Shown: positions 18,106 through 27,580 of the stretch, one piece after another
Layout: each line of letters opens with the position of its first letter
Position numbering within the stretch: position 1 is the first letter of the stretch
Origin: a virus
Taxonomy: Duplodnaviria > Caudoviricetes
Virus record (IMG/VR): IMGVR_UViG_3300033407_000015
Span: 1 to 58,006 of that record
Length of the DNA: 58,006 nt
Reading direction: 5' to 3' (one strand)
The notes under the pieces: model-generated
Seen by the model: the letters and a program-made list of their open reading frames with translations, nothing else
What the model was told of the DNA's origin: nothing
Database searches by the model: none
Position numbers and translations under genes: made by a program

Positions 18106-18794
18106 TGCTTGGTGCCGAGACCCTAATCTCAACGCTCGCTGGTCCGCGCCCCATTAGTGATTTTATCGATAAAGGGCCGATCCGCGTTTTCACCTGGGAC
18201 GGCGATCGAATCACCGTTGGTGAGGTTGAGATCAAAGACTCGACGCGTCTAGTCATCCCTTACTGCGTCGAACTTGACGACGAGACGAAACTCGTTCTTT
18301 GCTCAGAAACTATGCTCTTGCTCAAAACTGGAGCACCTCGCTTCCCTGAGCAGCTTGCACCTGAGGCTTCACTGCTGCCCCTCTACACGAAGGCAGACGT
18401 GAAGGGCTATCCGATCTATCAGGAACCTGGAGAGTGGCACAGAGCGGCTCTGACGCCCAGTGACAGGAATCGGTGGCGACGCGTCAGCCGAATGGTTGCT
18501 GAATGGAAACTTGGAAGGAGATGTGCTCCTGGAGACATAGTTTCCTACATTTCCAAGGACCGAATGAATTGCGCTCCTGAGAACCTCAGGATTCATCAGA
18601 AAGATCGAAAGAAGACCGAAAAGAAGGTCGAATTTGCCGAACCGCTTTTTGAGGCTCAACGATTCATCAACAAGTACAACCATAAGATTACCCGCGTCTA
18701 TCTTGACACTAGCCGTAGTTTGCTGTCGATTAGAGGCTTAGGAACAGCTAACCTATCGGTTGGCGGAGTCTTCGTCTCCGTAGACTCGGAGTAA
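18105..18794 (+). CDS. Free-standing degenerate intein (Hint plus HNH remnant) homologue
   Basis: Colinear with portal inteins 5/6 (MLGAET~CLSGET, SLLPLY~SLMPLY, NHKI~NHKV, GGVFVS~AGVFVHN); catalytic residues replaced. Confidence 0.75.
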   Translation: MLGAETLISTLAGPRPISDFIDKGPIRVFTWDGDRITVGEVEIKDSTRLVIPYCVELDDETKLVLCSETMLLLKTGAPRFPEQLAPEASLLPLYTKADVKGYPIYQEPGEWHRAALTPSDRNRWRRVSRMVAEWKLGRRCAPGDIVSYISKDRMNCAPENLRIHQKDRKKTEKKVEFAEPLFEAQRFINKYNHKITRVYLDTSRSLLSIRGLGTANLSVGGVFVSVDSE

Positions 18795-18797
18795 CTT

Positions 18798-21700
18798 GTG
18801 GCAATCCAAGACAGAGCCCTTCGCGCTCTCCGTCGCGTATTCGGTGACGACAGAGACGAGCGGGAGCGGGCCGAAAGTCCTAGCGCCGACGCACTTCGTC
18901 ACGCGCCATCTTCCACTTACGCCATCTGGGGGCGTGAGGACATCGGCGGACTGCTCTCCGTCTCCCAGAATCTCATGGACCGCTATGCGGACTATGAGGC
19001 GATGAACGACTACCCAGACATTCGTTGCTTTACGGGCGACATGAAGGTCTACGTTGTCGCGGAAAACAACGTCATCGTTCCAACACCGATCAAAACCATC
19101 TGTGAAAGTACAGAAACTTTCCAGATCCTCGCCTACGACCAAAAGAAGAAGTCGTTGGTCTCGGTTGCTGCGGAGCATCCTCGGATCTCCGGACGCAATG
19201 CTCCTGTTCTTCGTCTCGAACTCAGCAACGGCGAAACGTTGCGCTGTACGCCTGAGCACAAGATCTTCTGCGTAGAGCCGCGCCCAGGCTATGTCGAGGC
19301 TAAAGAACTCAAGAAGGGTGCCTTCATCGTCGGCGCTCGTGCTGGCTTCGAGACTGAAACCAAGAGCATGCTGACCGTCAAGACAGCCGGCGGAGTGTGG
19401 TTGAACGAGGACCCTATTCCTGACAGCTTTGCGTCAGAGGTTTATGACATCACGACCTCGACGCACAATTTGCTGGTCAACGGCGTCATCTGCCACAACT
19501 CAGCTTTCCATTACTTCGCCAACGACGCGACTCAACCCAACATGGACAACGGGCGGGTGTGTTGGATCCAGAGCCCGGACCAAGCCGTCGTAGACATGGG
19601 CGACACGCTCATCAAGCGCCGCCTTCGTCTTGAAGACGATCTCTTCTCCATTGCCTACTCGCTCTGCCAATACGGAAACTGCCTGCCGGGGTCGTCGAAG
19701 GTGTGGCTGGAAGGCGCGGTCGAAGAGATTTCCAATGTGACTGTTGGAGATCGTGTCGTCCTCTACTCTGCGGGTGAGGCTACAACTGCGCCTGTTCTTG
19801 CTGTGCATAACAACGGTGTCAAGCCTGTCTTTCGTCTCCGCACCAAGCACCGCGAGATTCTCGCTACTGCCGAACACCCTTTCTTTGTAGACGGTCCGGA
19901 TGGACCAATATGGAAGAATCTGGAGAATCTCCGGAAGGGTGACGGGATCTTCATTTGCACGCAGAGCCCGCCAAACGGTGAACCGTTTTCGCTTGCACAC
20001 CTAGTCCCAGCAGTCAGCGATCTCACGCTACCTGAAAGAATCACGCCCGAATTCTGTCGTCTCTACGGTTATGCCGTTGCGGACGGTTGGATTACCGACC
20101 ATGAACTGAACAAGTCTGTCGGTATTTGCTCAGGCAACAAGCCGGAGCATGCCAGCTACTACCTGAGTCTGGCACAGTCCTTTGCACCCAGAAGCTATCT
20201 GACCGAGGCTGACGGAACCTTCAAGCTCCATATTGGATCGGTAGCGTTTGCAGATCTCTTCAAGAAGCTGGGATGGTCTAACGGGGCGCATGTCAAGCGA
20301 ATGCCAGGGTGGATTTGGGATCTACCAGACGAGCATCGTGAGGCGATGCTTCAAGGAATCAGCGATGGTGATGGCCATACAACCAGAACGTCCACAGACA
20401 ATCACACCAGAGTCTCCATCGAACTCTGCAACCGCGCCTTGGTCGAGGACATCAAGACGCTCGCTGACGGCCTTGGTTACAAGTGCGGAAATGTTCGCTA
20501 CAGAAAGCGGACTGGTGTTGCCTCCTACAATCAGATCGGGGATCCGATCTATGCAGGTGAATCGTGGACGATCACCTACTACGACGCTCGACTGCCACAG
20601 CCCTTCGCGGTTGAGCGTATTCTCTCTATCGAGGAAGCAGGAGAGGAAGAGGTTTTCGACCTCACCATCGACCACCCTCAGCATAACTTCGTTGCAGATG
20701 GTGTCGTCGTCCACAACTGCTTCGAAGAGGTTCTCGTCACTGAGAACGGCGTCGTCGGGCTCAACAACCTGGCAGCACCCACTATGCGTCGGGTGGAGAA
20801 GCTCAACGGCAGCCTGATTGGTTACGTCCAAGACGTGACCGGTCGCTTCACGGCCAATCAAGACGAACTCCGTCGAATGCTTGCTGGTGCGCTCACCATT
20901 CCCAAGCACGTTGCGCTCTTCGAGGACTGGCAGGTTGCACATTTCCGTTCGCGCTCAACGACTAGACGCTCGCCCTATGGTGTGTGTATTCCGGCTGACG
21001 GAGTCGTGGAGACCGTTGAAGGACCGAAGCCCATCATCGACGTGAAGGTCGGAGATCGTGTCTTCTGTCGTCATGCGGGGATGCTTAGGACCACCAAGGT
21101 TATTGACCACGTCTCCAATGGAGTGCGTCCAGTCTTCCGCCTCAAGACAACCCATCGGGAGATTCGCGCAACAGGTAATCATCCGTTCTTGGCCCGCGTA
21201 GGAGAGATCAATCGCTGGAAGCCACTCGAAGAACTTCGTGTTGGTGACGAAATCGTCGCCGCGACGGCACTACCAGGTCTTGGCAACAGGCCGCCCCTCG
21301 GGCGTCGCCTTCGGTCGTTCAACGATGAGGCGTCAGTTCGTCTTACTGAGGCAGGCATCACTGCGATTCGCAGCGCCAGTTCGCGTGGCAAATACGGCCC
21401 CCGCGATGCTGGCCTAAGGAAGGTATTCGCGGATCGAGGACTCACCAGAAGTCAAATGAGCGACATCCTGGCGGGGGCGTCCTCGCTATCCCTAGGCACC
21501 TACAAGGCGATTCTTGGCAACCTCGGCCTTGTTGTCGCTGTAGGTGACTTCGAGGTCTACCACGGTCCTGGGGCTGTCGTTCCGACGCTGCCTGATTTCG
21601 TGGATGAGTCGTTCTGTCGGTTCTGGGGATTCATGCTGGGAGACGGCTGGCTTACCGATGAGCAGGTCTACTTCGCTCGCGGCGTCGACGAGGACGTCAA

Positions 21701-24700
21701 CGAGTTTTATGAGAGCTACCTCCAATCCTTCGGGTTGGCCCCCAGTCGAACAAATGACAGCACGCAATGCTTCGTCAACTCCACTGTTCTCGTCAGGACC
21801 ATGCGCGAACTCGGCTGGATCAACGGCTGCAAGGAAAAGCGGATTCCATCATGGGTCTTTGCGCAGGATGCATCACTGCGTCAGGCGCTCGTTCAGGGGC
21901 TTCTCGATTCTGATGGGTGGCGATCCCAGCAGACGGGCCCCGAACGACGCCATATTGAATTGGCGAATCGTGATCTCGTACGTGACATCAAGATACTGGT
22001 CGACGGCCTTGGCTGGACTTGCGGGAACATTCGAGAACGTGCTCCTCGCGAGGGCATGATTCGCAAGGGTCTTGTTCACTACCACAACGGAAAGGTGCAA
22101 GAGGAAGATCAGATCATTAAAGGCGGACTTACCTACACCATCACTTGGCATGAAACTTCGCTCGGTGAAGACAACTTCGCTCTCGAAAAAATTGAGAGCA
22201 TCGAGTTTGACTGCGACGAGGAAGTGTTCGACATCGGTGTTGCTGACACCGATCACAACTTCCTCTGCGATGGATTGGTCGTTCATAATTCCGTCGGAGA
22301 AGGCGCACGATGGATCTGGAAGCGTCTCGTCATGCTTGAAGATGCGGTCATGATCTACAAGCTGTGTCTTCGTGGCGACTCACAGATCTGGACCCCCGAA
22401 GGACGGAAAGCGATCAAGGATCTCAACGAGGGCGAAGAGGTCTACTCTTTCACGACCGAAGATCACCTCAAGAAGTCCAAGGTCGTCTACAAGAAGCACA
22501 ACGGTCAGGACAAGATCTATCGTGTCTACGGTCCGACGCGGGAGTTGTTCGCTAACAAGACCCACCCTGTTCTGGTCGAGTTGACCACACCCGAGGGTGC
22601 AAGGATACTCGAATACGTTGAGGTCCAGAACATCCGCCCCGGTTTCCATCGCTTCGTTACTCCTAGGAAGAACGACGATGATTACATTGATATCGGCGAG
22701 ACGGAGAGTAATGCTCTAGCGCTGGGCGAGTTACTGCAAGGGGAGAGGCTACCGGGTCGTGTTTTCCAAGCTTCGCGAGACATCAAGCGGCTGGTCTTGC
22801 GTGGTCTCACGAACTCCTTGAATGAGGAGACAGTTTTTTATCGAGCCGGTAGAAGGGCTGTAGACGACCTCCGAGACCTGGCTATGCAGGCTGGGTTCCT
22901 GGTCACCCTCCCTCTCGAAGAAGAAGATGACCGGTGGGTTGTCGCTCTCACATTTTGTGACGCGTCCGCATCGGCTACCATCGATGACATCGAGGAAGTT
23001 GGAACAGACGACATCTGGGATATCGGCGTCGAAGCAGATGAGCACAACTTTGTCGCTAACGGTGTGGTCGTACATAACACTCGGTCTCCTGCAAGGTACG
23101 CGTTCTACGTGGACGTCACCGACGTTCCCCCGAACCGCGTCGAGTCCTTCTTGAAGCGCGCTAAGCGTGACCTCAAGAAGAAGAAGATGGTCAACCCCAA
23201 TAACAACTTCCTTGACATGCGCTACAACCCGCTCTGTTTGTCGGGTGAGACCAAGATTCCACTTCTCGATGGGTCCGAAAAGACTCTGCTAGAGATGGTT
23301 GAGGCACACGAACGTGGCGAGGAGCAGTGGATCTATTCAGTCGACGTCGAAGATGGGAACAAGCTCGTCCCAGGCAAGGTTGTCTGGGCTGGTGGAACCC
23401 GAAAGAACGCGCAGCTTCTCAAGATTACTCTCGATAATGGCAAGTCGATTAAGGTCACGCCCGACCACAAGATGATTCGCCGCAGCGGTGAATTCTCTGA
23501 GGCACAGACGCTCAAGGTCGGCGACTCGTTGATGCCGTTCAGACAGCGCGTTAATCAGATTAGGACGGGTGGCCCTGCGGGTTACGAACAGATCTACGAC
23601 CCCTCCATCAAGAATTACGTGTTCACCCATCAGATGGTGGCTATAGACCTTGGTATCAAGACCAAGACAAGTGGCTACGTCATTCATCACGAAGACTGCA
23701 ACAAGCGGAACAACAATCCACGGAATCTAACGGAAATGGAATGGGGTGCGCACAAAGCGCTCCACCACAAGCTCTCGTGTGCCGCAGCAGAAAAGCTGAT
23801 CGCCTACAATCAGACGAACAAGGCGCGCGCCGAAACTGCGGCAACGAACCGCAAATACGACAAGCCTGCGCTAATGCGAGAAGCGATCACGTCGGAGATT
23901 CGTGAGAAGCAGAAGAAGGTCGCTAAGAAGTCGAAGACGGAATTCTGGCGGGACAAAGAGAAGGCAGCGCAAGCCTCCGAGAAGATGCGCTACGTCTATC
24001 CGGCTGCCTTCGTCGATGCCATTCGTCAGGTCATCGATGAGCAGGGGCCAAAGGTCGGCGCTCCAACTATTGCGCGCATCGCAAACGAGCGTGGACTGGT
24101 CGAACTTCTAATCGAGGCGAACCCAGACAAGGTTGGGAAGCTCAAGAACGTCCACCGCGACATGATTCGCTGGATGTGCCATAGCCTCGGCTTCAGAAAC
24201 TTCAAAGAGTTCAAGACAGCGGAACCCATTCCTCACAATCACAAGGTCGCGAAGATCGAATGGCTTGAAGAACGTGAAGACACCTTTACACTCACCGTTG
24301 ACGTAAGTCATACGTTCGCAACCTCTTGCGGTATCTTTGTAAAGAATTCCAACGACGAGGATTTCTTCATTGCGGTCCGGGACGGGCGTGCCCTCTCACG
24401 CGTCGAAGTGCTCTCTGGTCCGGATTACCAGAACACGGATGATGTCGAATACTTCCAGCGCAAGCTCCACGGCGCACTTATGGTGCCTCGCGCTTACATG
24501 GGGCAGGACGCGCCTATCCAAGGACGCGCTATCCTCTGTCTGTCTGGAGATACCAAGGTTCCGCTGCTAGATGGACGCACGCGGACGTTAAGAGAACTTT
24601 CTCAGGAGTATGGGCCAGAGGATGAGTTCTATGTCTATACAAGCGGCCCCGATGGAAAGATCACTGCTGGGCGCGCTCATTCGCCTCAGGTCACACGTCC

Positions 24701-26597
24701 CAATGCGGAAGTCTGGGAGATCGCACTCGACAATGGTCGAACAGTGCGAGGAACTCCCGATCATCCTTTCATGCTGCGCGATGGCTCCTACCGTCGTCTC
24801 GATGAGTTAAGTCCAGGCGATTCGTTGATGCCGCTCTACCGACGAGATTCGGAAAAGTCTCGCGATGGTATGGGTGGCTATGACATGCATCTCTGCCCGG
24901 TCACCGGTAAGTGGCGGTTTTCGCATCGTGCTGTTGCCAATTGGAAGTGGCGTGGGCGAGTCCTCAAGAGGGAAGGTCGCGTTATTCACCACGAGAACTT
25001 CGATAAGCGCAATAACGATCCGCGCAATCTAGGAGATCCGTTGGTTGAGGAGCACCTTCAGATCCATCGTGAGCACGCAGAGAAAACCATCCTGCGACCG
25101 GATGTCCGCGCTAAGGCCATTAAGAACTCACAATGGTGGACGCAGAGCGAGGAGTGCGCACAACTCTGTCGCGAGAATCTACACCGAGCGCGTAGTCCCG
25201 GGGGCGGTCAACGAGCTTGGTGTGAATCCGATGAGCACCGTCGTCTCAAGTCGGCGCAGATGAAACGTCAATGGGCTAAGCAGAGCAGCAAGCTCCGCTT
25301 GCGCACTCAGACTGATGAGTTCCGCAAGACATCATCGAAAAAGATGAAGGAGTCCATTGCGCTTGGCAAGATCAAGGTGGGTGGCGCAGACAATGTTAGG
25401 TGGCGTCATGACGCCGAATTTGCACGGCTGGTAGATGTAGCCGAGAGCTATCGTTGCACGTCGATGGGTGATCTTACAAGGTGGACCGGTTACTCATCAT
25501 GTTTGATCTATCGCCTACTTGAGGGCGAGGGTCTCACCTTCAGGGAGTTTGCCGATCTACATCTTGTCTATGGTTACGACCCGGGCGGGCACAAGAATCG
25601 GCGAGCCAAGAAGGTGGCTAAGGAACACCAGAGTGCAATTGAGTCGGTTGGTGTGCCAGGTAATCACAAAGTCGTCAGCATCAAGAAGTTGGACATCCGC
25701 GAAGACTGCTATGACTTCGTTGTGGATGGAACCCATAACTACGCGTTGGACGCAGGTGTCTTCGTCCACAACAGCAACGAAGATGTGAGGGCCGCGCGCG
25801 TCAGTCTTCAGATTCAGAAGGAACTGAAGAACGGTATTGAGCGCATCATCCGCACAGACCTCGCAGCCCGTGGCCATGGCATGCCCTGGAACGTAGACCT
25901 CGACGTCATGATGACTGTGCCGTCGAACATCTACGAGTTGGCGGCTATGGAAGTGAAGAACGCCCGAGCCGACTTCGCCGCCCGTATCCAGCCCTACGTG
26001 TCTATGCGTTGGCTTCTGGAGAACGTATTCAAGCTCTCTGACGACGAGATTCGTGAAGTCGAGAAGCAGCGCCAGCGAGAGGCTAATCTCGCTGATGCCA
26101 TGGGTATGGACCCATCATTCTCTGCTTTCACCGGCGGTCGTCCTCCCGACCAGGAACCGGAGATGGGTCTGGGCGCAGGCGGTGATCCTGGCGCAGCAGG
26201 TCTACAAGAGGTTCCTGGTGGCGGAGGTGGTGGACTTCAGGAAGTCCCAGGTAGTGGGCTTCAAGAGGTTCCTGGTGCCGGGCTTCAGGAAGTTCCAGGT
26301 AATGGACTCGAAGAAGTACGTCCTGGGAAGAATACCTCTCGTAATGAGTGGCGTGCTTACGACCGTCGTCGGCGTCTTGAGGAGAATCGCTACCGCGAAT
26401 CGCGCCAAAACCATCAGAAGTTGGTGGATATGATCGGAAATCTTCAACAAAATGATGCGGGGTTTGCCCGCCGGTTGGATGAAACAACTTCCTTCCTCAA
26501 GGACTTCAAGTCCGCGACCATGAAACGCGTCAATGGGCGTCTAGTAAGCACTCCTTCGGCAGGAGCGGGTCGACCCACTGCTGGTGGTGGCGCGTAG
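18798..26597 (+). CDS. T4 gp20-like portal protein precursor with six inteins (2599 aa; ~639 aa spliced)
   Basis: Joined exteins give gp20 motifs PYG.S..ARWIWKRLVMLEDAVMIY.L.R.P.R..FYVDV, EDFF, DVEYFQRKLHGALMVP; located upstream of the protease and MCP. Confidence 0.92.
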   Translation: MAIQDRALRALRRVFGDDRDERERAESPSADALRHAPSSTYAIWGREDIGGLLSVSQNLMDRYADYEAMNDYPDIRCFTGDMKVYVVAENNVIVPTPIKTICESTETFQILAYDQKKKSLVSVAAEHPRISGRNAPVLRLELSNGETLRCTPEHKIFCVEPRPGYVEAKELKKGAFIVGARAGFETETKSMLTVKTAGGVWLNEDPIPDSFASEVYDITTSTHNLLVNGVICHNSAFHYFANDATQPNMDNGRVCWIQSPDQAVVDMGDTLIKRRLRLEDDLFSIAYSLCQYGNCLPGSSKVWLEGAVEEISNVTVGDRVVLYSAGEATTAPVLAVHNNGVKPVFRLRTKHREILATAEHPFFVDGPDGPIWKNLENLRKGDGIFICTQSPPNGEPFSLAHLVPAVSDLTLPERITPEFCRLYGYAVADGWITDHELNKSVGICSGNKPEHASYYLSLAQSFAPRSYLTEADGTFKLHIGSVAFADLFKKLGWSNGAHVKRMPGWIWDLPDEHREAMLQGISDGDGHTTRTSTDNHTRVSIELCNRALVEDIKTLADGLGYKCGNVRYRKRTGVASYNQIGDPIYAGESWTITYYDARLPQPFAVERILSIEEAGEEEVFDLTIDHPQHNFVADGVVVHNCFEEVLVTENGVVGLNNLAAPTMRRVEKLNGSLIGYVQDVTGRFTANQDELRRMLAGALTIPKHVALFEDWQVAHFRSRSTTRRSPYGVCIPADGVVETVEGPKPIIDVKVGDRVFCRHAGMLRTTKVIDHVSNGVRPVFRLKTTHREIRATGNHPFLARVGEINRWKPLEELRVGDEIVAATALPGLGNRPPLGRRLRSFNDEASVRLTEAGITAIRSASSRGKYGPRDAGLRKVFADRGLTRSQMSDILAGASSLSLGTYKAILGNLGLVVAVGDFEVYHGPGAVVPTLPDFVDESFCRFWGFMLGDGWLTDEQVYFARGVDEDVNEFYESYLQSFGLAPSRTNDSTQCFVNSTVLVRTMRELGWINGCKEKRIPSWVFAQDASLRQALVQGLLDSDGWRSQQTGPERRHIELANRDLVRDIKILVDGLGWTCGNIRERAPREGMIRKGLVHYHNGKVQEEDQIIKGGLTYTITWHETSLGEDNFALEKIESIEFDCDEEVFDIGVADTDHNFLCDGLVVHNSVGEGARWIWKRLVMLEDAVMIYKLCLRGDSQIWTPEGRKAIKDLNEGEEVYSFTTEDHLKKSKVVYKKHNGQDKIYRVYGPTRELFANKTHPVLVELTTPEGARILEYVEVQNIRPGFHRFVTPRKNDDDYIDIGETESNALALGELLQGERLPGRVFQASRDIKRLVLRGLTNSLNEETVFYRAGRRAVDDLRDLAMQAGFLVTLPLEEEDDRWVVALTFCDASASATIDDIEEVGTDDIWDIGVEADEHNFVANGVVVHNTRSPARYAFYVDVTDVPPNRVESFLKRAKRDLKKKKMVNPNNNFLDMRYNPLCLSGETKIPLLDGSEKTLLEMVEAHERGEEQWIYSVDVEDGNKLVPGKVVWAGGTRKNAQLLKITLDNGKSIKVTPDHKMIRRSGEFSEAQTLKVGDSLMPFRQRVNQIRTGGPAGYEQIYDPSIKNYVFTHQMVAIDLGIKTKTSGYVIHHEDCNKRNNNPRNLTEMEWGAHKALHHKLSCAAAEKLIAYNQTNKARAETAATNRKYDKPALMREAITSEIREKQKKVAKKSKTEFWRDKEKAAQASEKMRYVYPAAFVDAIRQVIDEQGPKVGAPTIARIANERGLVELLIEANPDKVGKLKNVHRDMIRWMCHSLGFRNFKEFKTAEPIPHNHKVAKIEWLEEREDTFTLTVDVSHTFATSCGIFVKNSNDEDFFIAVRDGRALSRVEVLSGPDYQNTDDVEYFQRKLHGALMVPRAYMGQDAPIQGRAILCLSGDTKVPLLDGRTRTLRELSQEYGPEDEFYVYTSGPDGKITAGRAHSPQVTRPNAEVWEIALDNGRTVRGTPDHPFMLRDGSYRRLDELSPGDSLMPLYRRDSEKSRDGMGGYDMHLCPVTGKWRFSHRAVANWKWRGRVLKREGRVIHHENFDKRNNDPRNLGDPLVEEHLQIHREHAEKTILRPDVRAKAIKNSQWWTQSEECAQLCRENLHRARSPGGGQRAWCESDEHRRLKSAQMKRQWAKQSSKLRLRTQTDEFRKTSSKKMKESIALGKIKVGGADNVRWRHDAEFARLVDVAESYRCTSMGDLTRWTGYSSCLIYRLLEGEGLTFREFADLHLVYGYDPGGHKNRRAKKVAKEHQSAIESVGVPGNHKVVSIKKLDIREDCYDFVVDGTHNYALDAGVFVHNSNEDVRAARVSLQIQKELKNGIERIIRTDLAARGHGMPWNVDLDVMMTVPSNIYELAAMEVKNARADFAARIQPYVSMRWLLENVFKLSDDEIREVEKQRQREANLADAMGMDPSFSAFTGGRPPDQEPEMGLGAGGDPGAAGLQEVPGGGGGGLQEVPGSGLQEVPGAGLQEVPGNGLEEVRPGKNTSRNEWRAYDRRRRLEENRYRESRQNHQKLVDMIGNLQQNDAGFARRLDETTSFLKDFKSATMKRVNGRLVSTPSAGAGRPTAGGGA
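19026..19499 (+). mobile_element. Portal intein 1 (mini-intein, 158 aa)
   Basis: CFTGD...CTPEH...ICHN|S; no endonuclease. Confidence 0.9.
19680..20717 (+). mobile_element. Portal intein 2 (LAGLIDADG, 346 aa)
   Basis: CLPGS...TAEH...LYGYAVADG...LQGISDGDG...VVHN|C. Confidence 0.9.
20985..22289 (+). mobile_element. Portal intein 3 (LAGLIDADG, 435 aa)
   Basis: CIPAD...TGNH...FWGFMLGDG...VQGLLDSDG...VVHN|S. Confidence 0.9.
22365..23078 (+). mobile_element. Portal intein 4 (238 aa, eroded LAGLIDADG remnant)
   Basis: CLRGD...NKTH...ALALGELLQG/LVLRGLTNS remnants...VVHN|T. Confidence 0.88.
23235..24347 (+). mobile_element. Portal intein 5 (HNH-containing, 371 aa)
   Basis: CLSGET...TPDH...VIHHEDCNKRNNNPRNL...FVKN|S (penultimate Lys). 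Confidence 0.9.
24537..25772 (+). mobile_element. Portal intein 6 (HNH-containing, 412 aa)
   Basis: CLSGDT...TPDH...VIHHENFDKRNNDPRNL...FVHN|S. Confidence 0.9.
26199..26327 (+). repeat. GLQEVPG tandem peptide repeat (4 exact plus 1 degenerate) in the portal C-terminal tail
   Basis: GLQEVPG x4 then GLEEVRPG; codons have diverged synonymously. Confidence 0.9.
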
Positions 26598-26714
26598 TTT
26601 CCGACCTAAAAAGTTGAGGAAACTTCAAAGAAAGTTCGATCTTCCTGTCATAGATAGTTGACGGGTATAGATGTAGATCATAAACATAGGTATAGCGAAG
26701 GTCATAGGAAACCA

Positions 26715-27551
26715 ATGCCAGTAGTTCTCAAAAACGCAGTCGTCGACCAACTCCGCGCTTCACGCTACGCGGATGATGCAATGTCACGCCTCCGGGAAAA
26801 CTCCTGGGAAGTGCAGCGCACTTCGTTGGTCCGAATGGTCGAGTCGTCTGAGTGGCGGTTTGGTCCTGCCGAACTGATTGCTACTTTCGATCATCACTTG
26901 CTAGCGAAGTCTCCTGGTGGGGACGTCGTTCAGGTTGAGTGGTCTCGCGGCGATGAGGGTCAGGTCTATCTAGGACGCGCTGTCGTTCACGAGTCGACCA
27001 CACCTGTGTCAGACCTGGGCTATGAGGTCATGGAAACCGCTCGCTCCGCTGTCGACAAGATCCTCGACGAAGACTACGAAGCCGCCGGTCCCATGATCGC
27101 GAGCATCACAGAGGCGCTTGACGTCGGTGGTGATCTCCAGCGCCAGATCGGTAACGAAGTCACAGTTCAATCGCTCTCACGTCACGCCTGGTGGCATGAC
27201 GTTGTTGGTCTCCGTGAGGACACCTTTGAGAAGCTTCCTGATGTGAACCTCGAAGACGTTCAAAGGTCGGCAACCGATCTTCTCGCCTTCCTGAAAGAGC
27301 AAGCGTCCGCGCTTTCTCTTACTGCCCGTCAACTTGACGGTGGCAACACAAGACCAGAGATCGAGTCTCTGGCGTCGGATGTTGCTGAAGACGTTCACCG
27401 AGCTATCTCGGCGTTGATGAACCTTGACCGTCGCCGCACGGCCGAGGTGACCAAGATCTACGAAGCGGTCATGTCTGCAACTCCGCAACTACTTAGCGGA
27501 ATTGCATTCCTCTCACAGATGTCCGAAGCCTCGGACGAGAACGTCAGCTAG
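26715..27551 (+). CDS. Head-module protein (prohead core candidate)
   Basis: Between portal and protease; AGGA RBS before ATG 26715; acidic and helical. Confidence 0.55.
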   Translation: MPVVLKNAVVDQLRASRYADDAMSRLRENSWEVQRTSLVRMVESSEWRFGPAELIATFDHHLLAKSPGGDVVQVEWSRGDEGQVYLGRAVVHESTTPVSDLGYEVMETARSAVDKILDEDYEAAGPMIASITEALDVGGDLQRQIGNEVTVQSLSRHAWWHDVVGLREDTFEKLPDVNLEDVQRSATDLLAFLKEQASALSLTARQLDGGNTRPEIESLASDVAEDVHRAISALMNLDRRRTAEVTKIYEAVMSATPQLLSGIAFLSQMSEASDENVS

Positions 27552-27580
27552 CCAGGTCGGAAGGCCCGAGGAGATTTCAC

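Noticed and set aside
18082-18125. (actcga)x3 repeat, and TGC-TTG (Cys-Leu) right after the 17743 stop, suggesting a frameshifted active intein
   Set aside because: It would need both readthrough and a frameshift, and the other catalytic residues are missing anyway; probably coincidental.
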